A stretch of 64,000 nucleotides of DNA, taken from NCBI GenBank assembly GCA_963749655.1, contig CAVVOB010000013.1, positions 262,685-326,684 of the forward strand, written 5' to 3'. Source of the stretch: Nitrospirota bacterium (lineage in GTDB: Bacteria > Nitrospirota > UBA9217). How positions within the stretch are numbered: position 1 is the stretch's first letter; every line of letters begins with the position of its first letter. Positions 21,555-31,995 of this stretch are shown here, in pieces. The notes under the pieces were generated by a model. The model made no database searches. It was given only the letters and a program-made list of their open reading frames with translations, and had not been told where the DNA came from. Position numbers and translations under genes: made by a program.

Positions 21555-21863
21555 ATGAAAAGGTTCATCCTGGCGGCAGTGCTGGTTGTGCTTTCCGTTC
21601 CAATGTATTCCTGGGGAAAAGTCGGGGGCGGGGACATAACGTTCAATGTGTCCGGGGCGGCGAACGTCGTGTACAGCCACGATGACCATGTCTCGAGGCA
21701 CGGGATCAAGTGCGGAGAATGCCATTACCGGATTTTCAAGACCGTGGAAGGGCATCAGAAAACAACAATGGCGGACATGGAGAAAGGGCTGTCCTGCGGC
21801 GCCTGCCATAACGGCAAAGGGGCATTCTCGGTCAAGACCAAATGTAACAGCTGTCACCGCTAG
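21555..21863 (+). CDS. c(7)-type triheme cytochrome c
   Basis: Signal peptide, YSHDDH, CGECH, CGACH, CNSCH. Confidence 0.9.
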   Translation: MKRFILAAVLVVLSVPMYSWGKVGGGDITFNVSGAANVVYSHDDHVSRHGIKCGECHYRIFKTVEGHQKTTMADMEKGLSCGACHNGKGAFSVKTKCNSCHR

Positions 21864-22357
21864 TTGATCGTACAGGAGTCTGTGGTTGATATTCCGGCCC
21901 TTTTGCATGATTTGAGCGCGCTGCGGCTTTGCACGAAATATCCTTGTCTTTCACGAGCCGATGCCGGCCGCTTCCCAGGCCCTTTGCAGATAATCCCTGG
22001 TCGTTAAAGGCGAAAATACTTCCTTCCGGGCCATGCAGAAATGATTTTGCCACATACAATACATATGATGTGATGATCTCGTAAAAAGTCTTTTTAACAT
22101 AGAAGAAGTCACAAAAGTTTAAAAAATATCATTGATTGTTCAAAGACTCTTTTTGTGCTTTTTGTGCCTTTTGTGGCAAATCTTGGCTTCTTTCGACTAC
22201 ATCACATATACGACAGGCGGTTTTTCGAATTCATCAAGATTCTTGCTGAAATACTTGAGGAAAAATATCTTGTCTTGCCGTGGCATATTGTAACAGTTTA
22301 CTGCGTTATCCTGTCCCCATCATCGGAGCATACCCCAAAAATACCCTTTCTCGGCTA

Positions 22358-22386
22358 TTGACAATAAAACGGTTTCGGTATTTAAT
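22358..22386 (+). promoter_or_regulatory. Candidate sigma70 promoter
   Basis: TTGACA-N17-TTTAAT, 33 nt upstream of kinase start. Confidence 0.55.
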
Positions 22387-22419
22387 GTCCGCGAACCTGA
22401 AATCCATTCGCTAAAAATT

Positions 22420-23661
22420 ATGATCAAGCCTGCCTTCAATCCCCTGCAGCTACGCTTCTCAGGAGAACTCGAAAACGTCTTCAGGGATGATTATTTCAGT
22501 AAATCCATAAAACCGCTCAGAATCGGCATCCTCCTGGCGACGATGCTGTATGCCCTTTTCGGGATACTGGACGCCCAGATCTTCCCGGAAATGAAGGCTG
22601 AAACCTGGTTTATCAGGTACGCCGTCGTGTGCCCTGTCTGCCTGGCCGGATTCCTCTCCACTTTTTCAGCGCGGTTCAAGAACCATATGCAGGCCATCAT
22701 GCTTTTGCTTACTCTGGCGGGCGGGACCGGAATCATTGTAATGATGGTGCTGGTTCATTCGCCGGAAAACTATTTTCATTACGCAGGACTGCTTCTGGTG
22801 ATCATGTACACGTACACGTTCAGCAAACTGAGCTTTCATGCCGCGTCGTTCGTCTGCTGGACACTCGTCGGTCTGTACGAATACTCGGCCCTCCGGATCA
22901 TGCACGTACCCTTGCCGGTCTTTCTGAACGACAACTTTTTCTACATTTCGGCGAACCTGATCGGCATGTTCTCCTGCTATCACCGGGAGCTCTACACGAG
23001 AAAGGATTTTCTGCAGACGCTGACCATCAGGGAATTCGAGGAAAAAAAACGCCTTATGGAAAAGGAAAACATTCTCCGTGACCTCCATGACGGGATCGGG
23101 GGGATAACCACGAATATCGGCTTGCTTGCCGAGGTGGGGCAAAAGACGGCGTCGGGAACGGAAACCAAGGCGGCCCTTGCCATGATAGCGGATCTTTCGC
23201 GCGAGGGCTTGGCAGAGATCAGGACCATCATGCGGAGCCTCGATTCGACGCCGAAAACGTGGCAGGAGATGGCGTCCGAGTTCAGGCGGCAGGGCAGCGC
23301 AATGGTGGAGCCCCACGGCATCTCCTTTCACCTCAAGTCGTCGATCGACGGCGTACTCAGCAATCAGCCGGGGAAAATTCTCTGGCTGAATCTTTTCCGG
23401 ATATACCGGGAAACCCTTACCAACATCATGAAACACTCCCGGGCGATGACCGTTTCGGTGGAGCTCACTGTCGACGGTGAAGGACTTCTTCTCTCGGTCC
23501 ACGACAACGGAATCGGCATGAAGGCGTCGGGCCGCATCAACCGGGGTATTGCGAATATCAAGTCCAGGGCCCGGGAAATCGGCGGTGAAGCCTTCATCTC
23601 CTCCGCTCACGGCACGGCAGTGTGCGTGGAGCTCCCTTTTCCCGCGCCAGTCAGCGACTAA
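22420..23661 (+). CDS. Membrane sensor histidine kinase (HisKA_3/NarX-like), no adjacent regulator
   Basis: About 6 TM, RDLHDGIGG, ETLTNIMKHS, HDNGIG. Confidence 0.87.
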   Translation: MIKPAFNPLQLRFSGELENVFRDDYFSKSIKPLRIGILLATMLYALFGILDAQIFPEMKAETWFIRYAVVCPVCLAGFLSTFSARFKNHMQAIMLLLTLAGGTGIIVMMVLVHSPENYFHYAGLLLVIMYTYTFSKLSFHAASFVCWTLVGLYEYSALRIMHVPLPVFLNDNFFYISANLIGMFSCYHRELYTRKDFLQTLTIREFEEKKRLMEKENILRDLHDGIGGITTNIGLLAEVGQKTASGTETKAALAMIADLSREGLAEIRTIMRSLDSTPKTWQEMASEFRRQGSAMVEPHGISFHLKSSIDGVLSNQPGKILWLNLFRIYRETLTNIMKHSRAMTVSVELTVDGEGLLLSVHDNGIGMKASGRINRGIANIKSRAREIGGEAFISSAHGTAVCVELPFPAPVSD

Positions 23662-23734
23662 ATGCTGCGGCCGATGTCTGAGGCCTATCCTGATCTATCG
23701 GCTCGCAGCGCGGTCGGGAATGCATGAGGAACAA

Positions 23735-23947
23735 GTGCCTGCCATCAAAAAATGCTGGGAATTCATGAAGTGCGGAATGGAGGCAACGGGCGGCTGCCCG
23801 GTCATCGCAAAAGATGCCGGCTATATGTGCTGGATAGTGGCAGGAACATTGTGCGGCGGGAAAACTCAAGGCCTGTATGTCGACAAGGCCGGGGACTGCA
23901 AAAAATGCGGTTATTATCGATATATTCATCAAATAAAGCTTGAATAA
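23735..23947 (+). CDS. Two-CW domain Cys-rich protein
   Basis: CWEFMKCG..CP..CWIVAGTLCGG..CKKC; GAGGA RBS before GTG. Confidence 0.75.
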   Translation: MPAIKKCWEFMKCGMEATGGCPVIAKDAGYMCWIVAGTLCGGKTQGLYVDKAGDCKKCGYYRYIHQIKLE

Positions 23948-24394
23948 AAACGATCGCGACGCACCAGTCACCTGCCTTTTGGAACTGCAAGTATTGAACA
24001 ACCCGGGATTTTCCTTCCCCCCGGATATTATTAGTCTATGGTGCATTCCCCCCTTGCGAAGATGAATTTCCTGGGTTATACTTCCCCATATCGAGAGTAA
24101 CAAAAAACGTTTTTAAAATTACCCCGGGTTTTGAGGCAGAGGTAACACGTAACAAAAGCGCCACCTGTGAGATGCGGTGTGCACGCCCTCACCTGTTCCA
24201 GAGAGGGTAGCCTGAAGCGTCCGCAGCGGCCAAAAGGTTTGGAATCACCTCGAGCAAACTCAATCCCGGGGTAACTTTTCTCTACGACATCCGAACCATG
24301 GAGTTTTCTGCCGGCGTTTCCCGCGCCTTCGCCCGGTTGCCCGTTATCCTGTCGTGCCCCACAATGCCGGAATACCGCCCCGCCTGAACGACGG

Positions 24395-24802
24395 TCATGG
24401 ATCGGCCGCTGAAAGCCGATCATAGACCTCGATCATCTCCTGCATTATAGCCGAAAGCCGCCTCGCTTTTTTTTGGGGCCCCTCATTCAGCGCAGCGAGA
24501 AGAGAATCACAGAAATACCACGTACATTTGAATGGTCTCATCCAGCGAGGGTCCGTACAGCCCCGGGGGCCCATGAGCTCACAGGGTCCTTCCAGCGGCC
24601 GATGCGCGTCGCGTGCCGGCACGGTCCCGCCGAGCGCCTCCAGATATCGTTTATCCCCTTCGCGGAACATGCCGTGTTTTTGTCTGCAGCAGACGTCCTT
24701 GCAGCCGGGACAGACCAGGGAAGTAAACTCTTCGAGGAGCGGAGAGGCGTCGATTAACAGCTGTTTGAGCCGTCGAGCGGAGGCAGTGCGGTTTTCCATC
24801 AT
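24395..24802 (-). CDS. Cys-rich hypothetical protein (possible metal/Fe-S binding)
   Basis: CPGCKDVCC..C..GC..RPFKCTWYFC; overlaps cyoE stop. Confidence 0.7.
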   Translation of the reverse strand: MMENRTASARRLKQLLIDASPLLEEFTSLVCPGCKDVCCRQKHGMFREGDKRYLEALGGTVPARDAHRPLEGPCELMGPRGCTDPRWMRPFKCTWYFCDSLLAALNEGPQKKARRLSAIMQEMIEVYDRLSAADP

Positions 24803-25671
24803 GGCAGGTGGATGCGGATGCCTTCCAGCGCGAGCAGGGACATCATAATGAAAAGATAAATATTGATATTCCTGAACAGCTTCGGTGAGGCGTCCCGGAG
24901 CGGCGTCCGTCCCGCCAGAGAGCGTTCAGTCCAGATGAGCCACAGCGCGGGCGGCAGCAACAGCAGGCATCCGGCGGCTGATCGCGTTGATCCGTACAGC
25001 GGCAGCGCAAGGCTCGCGACCGCGGCGGCAACGATCCAGGCGAACGTGATCCTCCCGATCTGGGCGGTATTCAGGACGCCGGTAAGCGAAGGAAGGCCGG
25101 CCTTCTCATACTCCTTTCCGTGACGCAGGACGAGAAGCCAGAAGTGGGGGACCTGCCACATGAAAAACAGGAAGCAGACCGCAGCAAGCCCGGGATCGAG
25201 GAGGGTTCCTCCGGCCGAAACCCAGCCCACGGCAGGCGGGATCATTCCCACCGCCGCTCCGGGCACGGCAGCGAAGGCGGTCCGTTTTTTAAGCCAGGTA
25301 TAGACACCGTTGTACCAGCAGATCGCGAAACCGCCGAGACAGGCTGCCTGAACGTTGATGAGCGTCAGAAGGATCGTCCCCGCGATCAGCGCGATCACGG
25401 AAAACAGCAGGGCCTGCACAGGCGTGAGGGTGTTCGAGGGGAGCGGACGTTTCCGGGTCCGTTCCATCTTTGCGTCAAGGTCCCGTTCCTGCCATTGATT
25501 GAGCGCTGAAGCGCCGCAGGCAAGGATAAAAACCGCGGCCAGCGGAGTCCACAGGTCGGATACCCGGTGAAAGGGGGCAAGGAAAAATCCTGTTGCCGCG
25601 GAAGAAGCGGTGAAAAGGGAAATCCACACGCGGCTGAGGGTGAGATAGGGTTTTACGGTTCCGTATGACAT
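24799..25671 (-). CDS. cyoE: Protoheme IX farnesyltransferase
   Basis: NQWQERDLDAKMERTRKRPLP, YTWLKK, WQVPHF. Confidence 0.93.
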   Translation of the reverse strand: MSYGTVKPYLTLSRVWISLFTASSAATGFFLAPFHRVSDLWTPLAAVFILACGASALNQWQERDLDAKMERTRKRPLPSNTLTPVQALLFSVIALIAGTILLTLINVQAACLGGFAICWYNGVYTWLKKRTAFAAVPGAAVGMIPPAVGWVSAGGTLLDPGLAAVCFLFFMWQVPHFWLLVLRHGKEYEKAGLPSLTGVLNTAQIGRITFAWIVAAAVASLALPLYGSTRSAAGCLLLLPPALWLIWTERSLAGRTPLRDASPKLFRNINIYLFIMMSLLALEGIRIHLP

Positions 25672-25755
25672 AGGGCAAGCGGCATAGTGCAGAGAGCATG
25701 GGGCATGGTGCAAGGAGTAAACGCTATGCGCTCTGCGCTATGCTCCCGCGTTGTT

Positions 25756-26727
25756 TCATTTCAGCGTCTTTATATATTCAATGAGCGTATCGATCTGCCT
25801 GTCCGTCAGAAGACCTTTCTGCGAAGGCATGATGGGCGGAAAACCCTTGACCCGGTCGAGTTCGGGCTGCAGCAGCGTCTGTTTGATGAAGGCCTCGTCC
25901 ACCGCGAGCATCCGCTCCTGTCCGTTCCTGATCACTGTTTCTTTCTTGCCGAGCAGGCCTTTGAGGGTCGGCCCTATCTTCGGCGTCCCGTCGGCGGTAT
26001 GGCAGGCGGTGCAGCCTTTGGTCCCGAAGAGCTCGGCGCCTTCGTGCGCGAGCGGCTCGGCTTCATGCTTATTCTTGCGCTCTTTCCCTCCCGGCATTGC
26101 GGTTTTGGCTTCAGTTGCTTCTTCGTTCCTGCCCGCGTACCAGTCGTCGAAATCCTGCTGTGTCATGACCTTGACTGTGGTAATCATGGCTGAGTGGCTC
26201 ACGCCGCAGTACTCGGTGCAGAAGAGATCGTACGAGCCTGTTTCGTCCGGCAGGAACCAGAGGTGCGTTTCCATGCCGGGGACGGCGTCTTCCTTGATCC
26301 GGTATGCCGGGATATAAAGGCTGTGAAGCACGTCGGCGGAGGTGATCAGGAGCTTGACCGGCTTCCGGACCGGCACATAGAGAATATTGCTTTCCCTGCC
26401 GTTCGTGTAATCGAAGGTCCATGACCACTGGCGGGCGATCACCTTGACGACCATGGCGTCGGGAGGGGCCGTACGCATGTATACGAATCCCTTCCAGCCC
26501 ACGAAGAAGATGGCAAGAACCAGGAGGGTCGGCATCACGGTCCAGATGATCTCGAGCGGAGTGTTCTCTTTAACTTCCTCGGCCTGCGGGTGCCGCTTCC
26601 GGCTGTAGCGAAAGACGAAGTAAATCATGACAGCGGTGTTCAGCGCCAGGAGCGTGAGTGATATTCCCAGGATGAAGAAGAATGTATCGTCCGCAGGATT
26701 GGACATGTTCGGCCAGCCGGTTACCAT
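25756..26727 (-). CDS. coxB: Cytochrome c oxidase subunit II with fused cytochrome c domain
   Basis: DVLHS, CuA CTEYCGVSHSAM, CTACH. Confidence 0.96.
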   Translation of the reverse strand: MVTGWPNMSNPADDTFFFILGISLTLLALNTAVMIYFVFRYSRKRHPQAEEVKENTPLEIIWTVMPTLLVLAIFFVGWKGFVYMRTAPPDAMVVKVIARQWSWTFDYTNGRESNILYVPVRKPVKLLITSADVLHSLYIPAYRIKEDAVPGMETHLWFLPDETGSYDLFCTEYCGVSHSAMITTVKVMTQQDFDDWYAGRNEEATEAKTAMPGGKERKNKHEAEPLAHEGAELFGTKGCTACHTADGTPKIGPTLKGLLGKKETVIRNGQERMLAVDEAFIKQTLLQPELDRVKGFPPIMPSQKGLLTDRQIDTLIEYIKTLK

Positions 26728-26855
26728 TTTTCACCTTCGGTGAGTCCTGAGTTAAAGTTCATAGTTTGTAGTTTTTAGTTAAGGAAGCGATGCTCTTGCG
26801 ATCACAGAATACTCTGAACTAAAACTAAAAACTAAGAACTAAAGATTTGCGCCAG

Positions 26856-27137
26856 TTACCGATACCCTATATCGAAAAACGTCAGCCCGATGATGATCGA
26901 TATCGTTATGATCGGAACAAGGATCAACAGCTTAAACAACCGCTTCTCGTGGCTGAGATGCATGAAAAACCACAGGACCAGGCTTGCCTTGGTCGAGGCG
27001 ATCGCGATGTTGGCGACCATGCTCCATGCGCCCATCTGCATCCGGGCGGCTAGTATCGTCAAGCCGGTCAGCATGAGCAGGGCGACCCAGACGGCGACGA
27101 AGGTCTTCGAGGAAACGGCTGGGCTTCTGCTCTCCAT
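26856..27137 (-). CDS. coxD: Cytochrome c oxidase subunit IV family
   Basis: LLMLTGLT, KASLVLWFFMHL, 3 TM. Confidence 0.88.
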   Translation of the reverse strand: MESRSPAVSSKTFVAVWVALLMLTGLTILAARMQMGAWSMVANIAIASTKASLVLWFFMHLSHEKRLFKLLILVPIITISIIIGLTFFDIGYR

Positions 27138-27156
27138 TACGGCGTTCTCCTTGCTC

Positions 27157-27438
27157 CTACCTGATTTCCGCATTACAGTGCCTGCAGCGCAGCGGCGTCA
27201 GCAGGGACCACGTATAAATTTCCATTCCGAAAAAAATTCTCGTCCTGATCAGGAGCGGCATGCCGCACTGGGGACACCGGGCCAGAAAGGCATAGATCGC
27301 ATAGGCGAAAGCGCCGAGGAACGTATACGCAATGATCATCAATTCGCCGCCCTGAAAGCTCCAGACGCCCGAGCCGAGGAGGAAAAAACCGGCGATCCAC
27401 CCGATCACGATGATTTTGTGCTTGCTCCGTCTTCTCAC
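27157..27438 (-). CDS. Small membrane protein with CxxC...CxxC
   Basis: 2 TM, CPQCG, CRHCN; fills the gap between coxC and coxD. Confidence 0.6.
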   Translation of the reverse strand: MRRRSKHKIIVIGWIAGFFLLGSGVWSFQGGELMIIAYTFLGAFAYAIYAFLARCPQCGMPLLIRTRIFFGMEIYTWSLLTPLRCRHCNAEIR

Positions 27439-27453
27439 AGGATCTCCGCCGCT

Positions 27454-28065
27454 TTAAAGGATCAGATAGAACAGCGGGAACAGATAGATCCAGATAATGT
27501 CCACCAGGTGCCAGAACAGCCCGGCGTTTTCCAGCTTTACATAATCATCGGCCGAGACCCGGTCGCGCATCGTCAGGATCAGGATAAATCCGATGACCCC
27601 GAGGCCGATGATGACATGAAGGGCATGGATGCCGGTCATGACATAGTAGAGCCCGAAGAAAAGGATCTTGCCGTGGCTCATACCGAGGAGTTCCGGCGAA
27701 TTCGGGTAAAATCCGTGATGAATGTGGTCGCTCCATTCGAAATACTTGTTTATCAAAAAGACTATTCCGAGGACCACGGTAACGGCTTGAAGGATGAGGG
27801 AGCGGCTTTTCGTCCCGTTCTTTATCGCCGAGATCGAAAGCGCCATGGTCAGACTGCTCGTGAGCAGGATTACGGTATTCGCCGCCCCGATAACCACATC
27901 CATTTCCATTCCCGCGGCATGGAATTCACTCGAATTCATCTGGCGATAAACGGAGTAGACCAGGAACATGCCGCCGAAGAGAATGATCTCGGTAAACAGG
28001 AAAAGCCACATGCCGAGCTTGGCGCCGGTGTAGTCGCGGTGTTCGATGTGAGCGGTTTCGTTCAT
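27454..28065 (-). CDS. coxC: Cytochrome c oxidase subunit III
   Basis: GMWLFLFTE, TGIHALHV, FWHLVDIIW. Confidence 0.95.
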   Translation of the reverse strand: MNETAHIEHRDYTGAKLGMWLFLFTEIILFGGMFLVYSVYRQMNSSEFHAAGMEMDVVIGAANTVILLTSSLTMALSISAIKNGTKSRSLILQAVTVVLGIVFLINKYFEWSDHIHHGFYPNSPELLGMSHGKILFFGLYYVMTGIHALHVIIGLGVIGFILILTMRDRVSADDYVKLENAGLFWHLVDIIWIYLFPLFYLIL

Positions 28066-28232
28066 AATTGAATCTGCATGGCAAAGGAAGAATCTGCAGA
28101 GGGCATTGTGCATGGCGCAGGAAGGATCTGCAGAGGGCATGGCGCATAGCGCATGGGGTAGAACCCTCTGCCCTAAGCCCTGCTCTATGCCCTATGCTCT
28201 ATGCACTCTGCTCTCTGCCCCATGCCCTCTGC

Positions 28233-29819
28233 TTATTTGAATTCGTACGGTCCCTTCGTGACCACCGGGATCTTTTCGAAGTTCTCCGTCGGCGGAGGAG
28301 ACGACGTCTGCCATTCAAGCGACGCGGCCTCCCAGGGATTATCTCCGGCCTCTTTGCCTGCGAAGAGTGAATGGATAAGGTTGTAGAACATGATGATCAG
28401 ACCCAGCGCGAGGACCCAGGAGCCGATTGTTGAGACGAGGTTCGGCCCGTTGAATTTCGGGAGGTAGTCGTAGTAGCGCCGGGGCATGCCTTCCCATCCG
28501 AGGACGAACATGGAGAAATACAACATGTTGAAGCCTACGAACAGGAAAACCCAGGCAAACTTGGCAAGGTGTTCCTCGTACAGTTTCCCGAACATCTTGG
28601 GGTACCAGTAGTGCAGGCCGGCGAAGAATCCCATTGCCGCTCCGCCGAACATCACATAATGGAAGTGGGCAACGATGAAGTACGTGCCGTGGACGTGCAG
28701 GTTCGTGGAGAGCGCCCCCTGCACGAGACCGGTCAGTCCGCCTATGGAGAACAGGAAGATGAATCCCAGCGTATACAGAAGGGGGGCGTCGACCCTGATC
28801 GATCCCTTGTACAGGCTCGCGATCCAGTTGTAGACCTTGATACCGCTCGGGACGGCGACGATAAACGTAAGGAATGAGAAGATGACCCGCGACCTGTCGC
28901 TCATGCCGCTGGTGAACATGTGGTGGCCCCAGACGAGGTAGCCCAGGAAAGCGATGGCCAGGCTCGACGCGGCTATAAAAGAGTATCCGAAGATGTTCCT
29001 GCGGGCGAATACGGGGATGATGTCCGTGACCACCCCCATGGCAGGCAGGATCATGATGTAGACCGCCGGGTGCGAGTAGATCCAGAACATGTGCTCGAAG
29101 AGGATCGGATCGCCGCCTTTGGCGGGATCAAAGAAGCCGACGCCGAAAAACCGCTCGAGGATGATCAGGAGCAGCGTGATGGCCAGGACCGGCGTCGCCA
29201 GGAGCTGGACCCACGACGTGGCATAGATGGACCAGGTGAACAGGGTCATGCGCTTCCACGTCTGCCCCGGGGCCCGAAGCCGGTGGATCGTGGTCAGGAA
29301 ATTCATTCCCGTGAGCGTGGAGGAAAGACCGATCAGGAATACGCCGAAAACGGCAAGAGAGATGTTCGTGCTCGTGCGGATGCTGTAGGGTACGTAGAAG
29401 GTCCAGCCCGTGTCCGGCGGTCCGCCGCCCGTAAAAAGGGCTGTGACCGCAAGCGCCCCGCCGATAATGAAGAGCCACCACGACAGGATGTTGATCTTCG
29501 GGAAGGCCACGTCCCGGGCGCCGATCTGGAGCGGCATGATGAAATTGCCGAGGGACGACGGGATGCCAGGAATGATGAAGAGGAAGATCATGACCACGCC
29601 GTGGAGCGTGAAGATGGCGTTATAGGTCTGGGCGCTGTAGATGTGCATACCCGACCGGATAAGTTCGAGGCGCATGGTGAGCCCGAGCGATACGCCCACG
29701 GCAAAGAAGGAGAGCGAGGTGATCAGGTAGAGCAGGCCGATCCGCTTATGGTCGGTCGTGAAGAGCCAGCCGAAGATGCCGGGGTACTTTGTCTTTTCGT
29801 GATAGAAGCTGGGTGCCAA
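28233..29819 (-). CDS. coxA: Cytochrome c oxidase subunit I, A2-type
   Basis: DHKRIG, GWTFY, YSHPAVY, WGHH, AHFHY, GMPRRY; TTG start. Confidence 0.97.
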   Translation of the reverse strand: MAPSFYHEKTKYPGIFGWLFTTDHKRIGLLYLITSLSFFAVGVSLGLTMRLELIRSGMHIYSAQTYNAIFTLHGVVMIFLFIIPGIPSSLGNFIMPLQIGARDVAFPKINILSWWLFIIGGALAVTALFTGGGPPDTGWTFYVPYSIRTSTNISLAVFGVFLIGLSSTLTGMNFLTTIHRLRAPGQTWKRMTLFTWSIYATSWVQLLATPVLAITLLLIILERFFGVGFFDPAKGGDPILFEHMFWIYSHPAVYIMILPAMGVVTDIIPVFARRNIFGYSFIAASSLAIAFLGYLVWGHHMFTSGMSDRSRVIFSFLTFIVAVPSGIKVYNWIASLYKGSIRVDAPLLYTLGFIFLFSIGGLTGLVQGALSTNLHVHGTYFIVAHFHYVMFGGAAMGFFAGLHYWYPKMFGKLYEEHLAKFAWVFLFVGFNMLYFSMFVLGWEGMPRRYYDYLPKFNGPNLVSTIGSWVLALGLIIMFYNLIHSLFAGKEAGDNPWEAASLEWQTSSPPPTENFEKIPVVTKGPYEFK

Positions 29820-29884
29820 TTTTATTCTCCGAATTTTGCAGCCGCAACCTTTAGGTTGCGTGGATGACGCAGGCGAACCTGCGG

Positions 29885-30676
29885 CTACGGATTCTGTTTT
29901 TTGTCGCCGTTTTTCGTCGTTTTCAGAAGATAAACGAGAAACGATCCGACGAACAGGACCATGACGGTTCCGGTAACCTTCAGGATATTGAACACGTAAG
30001 ACTTCTTGAGCGGGTCGTAGCTGAAGCAGTACATGAGCACCTTGCGCGCCGGGGAGCCGACCCGTCCCTGGGCCGCTTCGGTGAGGGCCATGGTCACCTC
30101 AAAGGGCAGGAAGCTGATTCCCTCGATGTAGCGCACGATCTTGCCGCCGGGGGCTATGACGACGAGCGTGACGGGATGGGAAAAATCATGTTCGCTGTCG
30201 CGCTGGAATTTGAAGCCGATGGAGTCGGTGAATTTCCTGATGTTTGTCTTGTCTCCGGTCAGGAACTTCCACGCGTCTTCCGGGAAGGGCTTGCCGACTG
30301 CCTTTATATAGTTGACTTTCTTTTCCCGCGCGATCTGCGGCGTATCGTGCTCGTCGAAGCTGAGGGCGACGACCCGGTAGTCTTTGCCGGGTTTTGCAAG
30401 GTCCATCTCGCCCAGCACCCGAGCGAGACCCGTGAGGAGCATGGGGCACTCGTGCATACAGCCGAAGTACACCGGAGCGATGATCGTGGGCTTGTCGATT
30501 ATTTCCCCGAGGTTGATGCGGTTGCCGTTCTCGTCGTTGAACACGGCGTCAACGGGAATGTACTGACCGAGTTTTTCGTCGAGCGTCACATCGGCTTTCG
30601 TTGCCGTAGTTTCATGGCCGAAGGCCGCGGAACTGAACAGCATCAGGGCGGAAAAAACAAGGTACCGGTAATGCAC
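29885..30676 (-). CDS. SCO family copper chaperone
   Basis: CMHEC (CxxxC), FSHP, C-terminal TM; GTG start after AAGGAG. Confidence 0.9.
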   Translation of the reverse strand: MHYRYLVFSALMLFSSAAFGHETTATKADVTLDEKLGQYIPVDAVFNDENGNRINLGEIIDKPTIIAPVYFGCMHECPMLLTGLARVLGEMDLAKPGKDYRVVALSFDEHDTPQIAREKKVNYIKAVGKPFPEDAWKFLTGDKTNIRKFTDSIGFKFQRDSEHDFSHPVTLVVIAPGGKIVRYIEGISFLPFEVTMALTEAAQGRVGSPARKVLMYCFSYDPLKKSYVFNILKVTGTVMVLFVGSFLVYLLKTTKNGDKKQNP

Positions 30677-31056
30677 CTCTGGCTCCTTAAAAGTATGTAC
30701 CGTGGTCAGGGGATTTTGCGGATGGGTTCGAGTTAACTGCCCGTATTGCAATCGTTTAAAGGTACTTTACTTCGTGACATCTTGAAATTTGAGTCAAATT
30801 CTTTGAAGCGCAAAACTAACGACATTTTCGCGCAAAGCCGCAAAGTCGCAAAGAAAGACGTGAAAAAAGAATTCAGGGTTTGCTTTCCTTTGCGTCTTTG
30901 CGTCTTGGCGCGAGACGCCTTTGCTTTTGATTTTGGTCTGAGGCACTGCCTCGTTAACGATTATTTCTAAGCATACTCAACAGCAGGGATAAAGTCAAGT
31001 AGACGCGTCATTGACGGTTCCTCTGGAAAAGAAACAGAGGGTGTGGTATATAGTCC

Positions 31057-31842
31057 GTGATGAACGAAGGCGCAAGACATCCGGAGAATTGCATGGTATG
31101 CGGTACGGCCCTCGCGTATCTCCACCAGTCCGAGATCAGGGCGTGCACCTATTGCGGCACTCAACACCAAGCGCAGGTGGTCTGTCCGCAGGGGCATGTT
31201 GTCTGCGACCGGTGCCACGGGGCCGACGCGCGGAAAATGATCGAGGGCGCTGCGTTAGCCACGGAACTGAAAGATCCCGCAGCCATTGCCGAGATCATGA
31301 TGGGGCATGCGAACCTCCCCATGCTGGGGTGCGAGCACGCCTTCATCGCGGCGGGAGCGCTCATGGCCGCTGTCAGGAATTCTCCCTACGGCAAAGGCAA
31401 GATCTCTCACGATGAGATCCGCGAGGTCCTGGCGCGGACGGAAAAGCAGGCCGTGGGCGGCTTTTGCGGTTTGACCGGCGTCTGCGGCATCGTTCCCGCC
31501 CTGGGCGCCTGCTTCTCCGTCTTTCTCGGGGCCCGGTGCGGCAGCGACAGCGAGCAGAAGATCACGATGGAGGCAGTCACCAGGATCTCGGGGGTGATCG
31601 CGGGCCTCACGGGTCCGAGCTGCTGCAAGGCCTACGCGCGGGCAGGCCTCGCCGAAGCGGCAGAGATCTTCAGCGAACGCTTCGGCATCACGTTTCCGAT
31701 CAAGGACAAAGCCGTAGTTTGCCGGCACAGCGGAAAGCATCCCCACGGATGCAGGGAAGACAAATGTCCGTACTTTCGCAGACCGGTTGAGGACATCTTC
31801 AGCAAGGGCGGATTCGTGCCCGGCACGGTCTGCACTTCCTGA
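31057..31842 (+). CDS. DUF5714-like Cys-rich protein
   Basis: CMVCG, CTYC, CPQGHVVCDRCH, GGFCG..CG, GPSCCK. Confidence 0.8.
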   Translation: MMNEGARHPENCMVCGTALAYLHQSEIRACTYCGTQHQAQVVCPQGHVVCDRCHGADARKMIEGAALATELKDPAAIAEIMMGHANLPMLGCEHAFIAAGALMAAVRNSPYGKGKISHDEIREVLARTEKQAVGGFCGLTGVCGIVPALGACFSVFLGARCGSDSEQKITMEAVTRISGVIAGLTGPSCCKAYARAGLAEAAEIFSERFGITFPIKDKAVVCRHSGKHPHGCREDKCPYFRRPVEDIFSKGGFVPGTVCTS

Positions 31843-31995
31843 AAGCCCTCCTATTGACCGTCCGGTCGGGCGGGTGGAAAAAGTGAGGAGTCAGGAGTAA
31901 GGAGTAAGGAGTAAGCAATCGATACAGTAACTTCAAACCATAAACTAAAAACTCAAAACTTAAAACTAAAAACTGAAAACTGACAATCCCCCCCA

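Noticed and set aside
24150-24230. Glycine-riboswitch-like words on the minus strand (TCAGG, CTCTGGA, CACCG)
   Set aside because: Core GGAGA/CCGAAG elements are missing and no downstream gene lies on that strand
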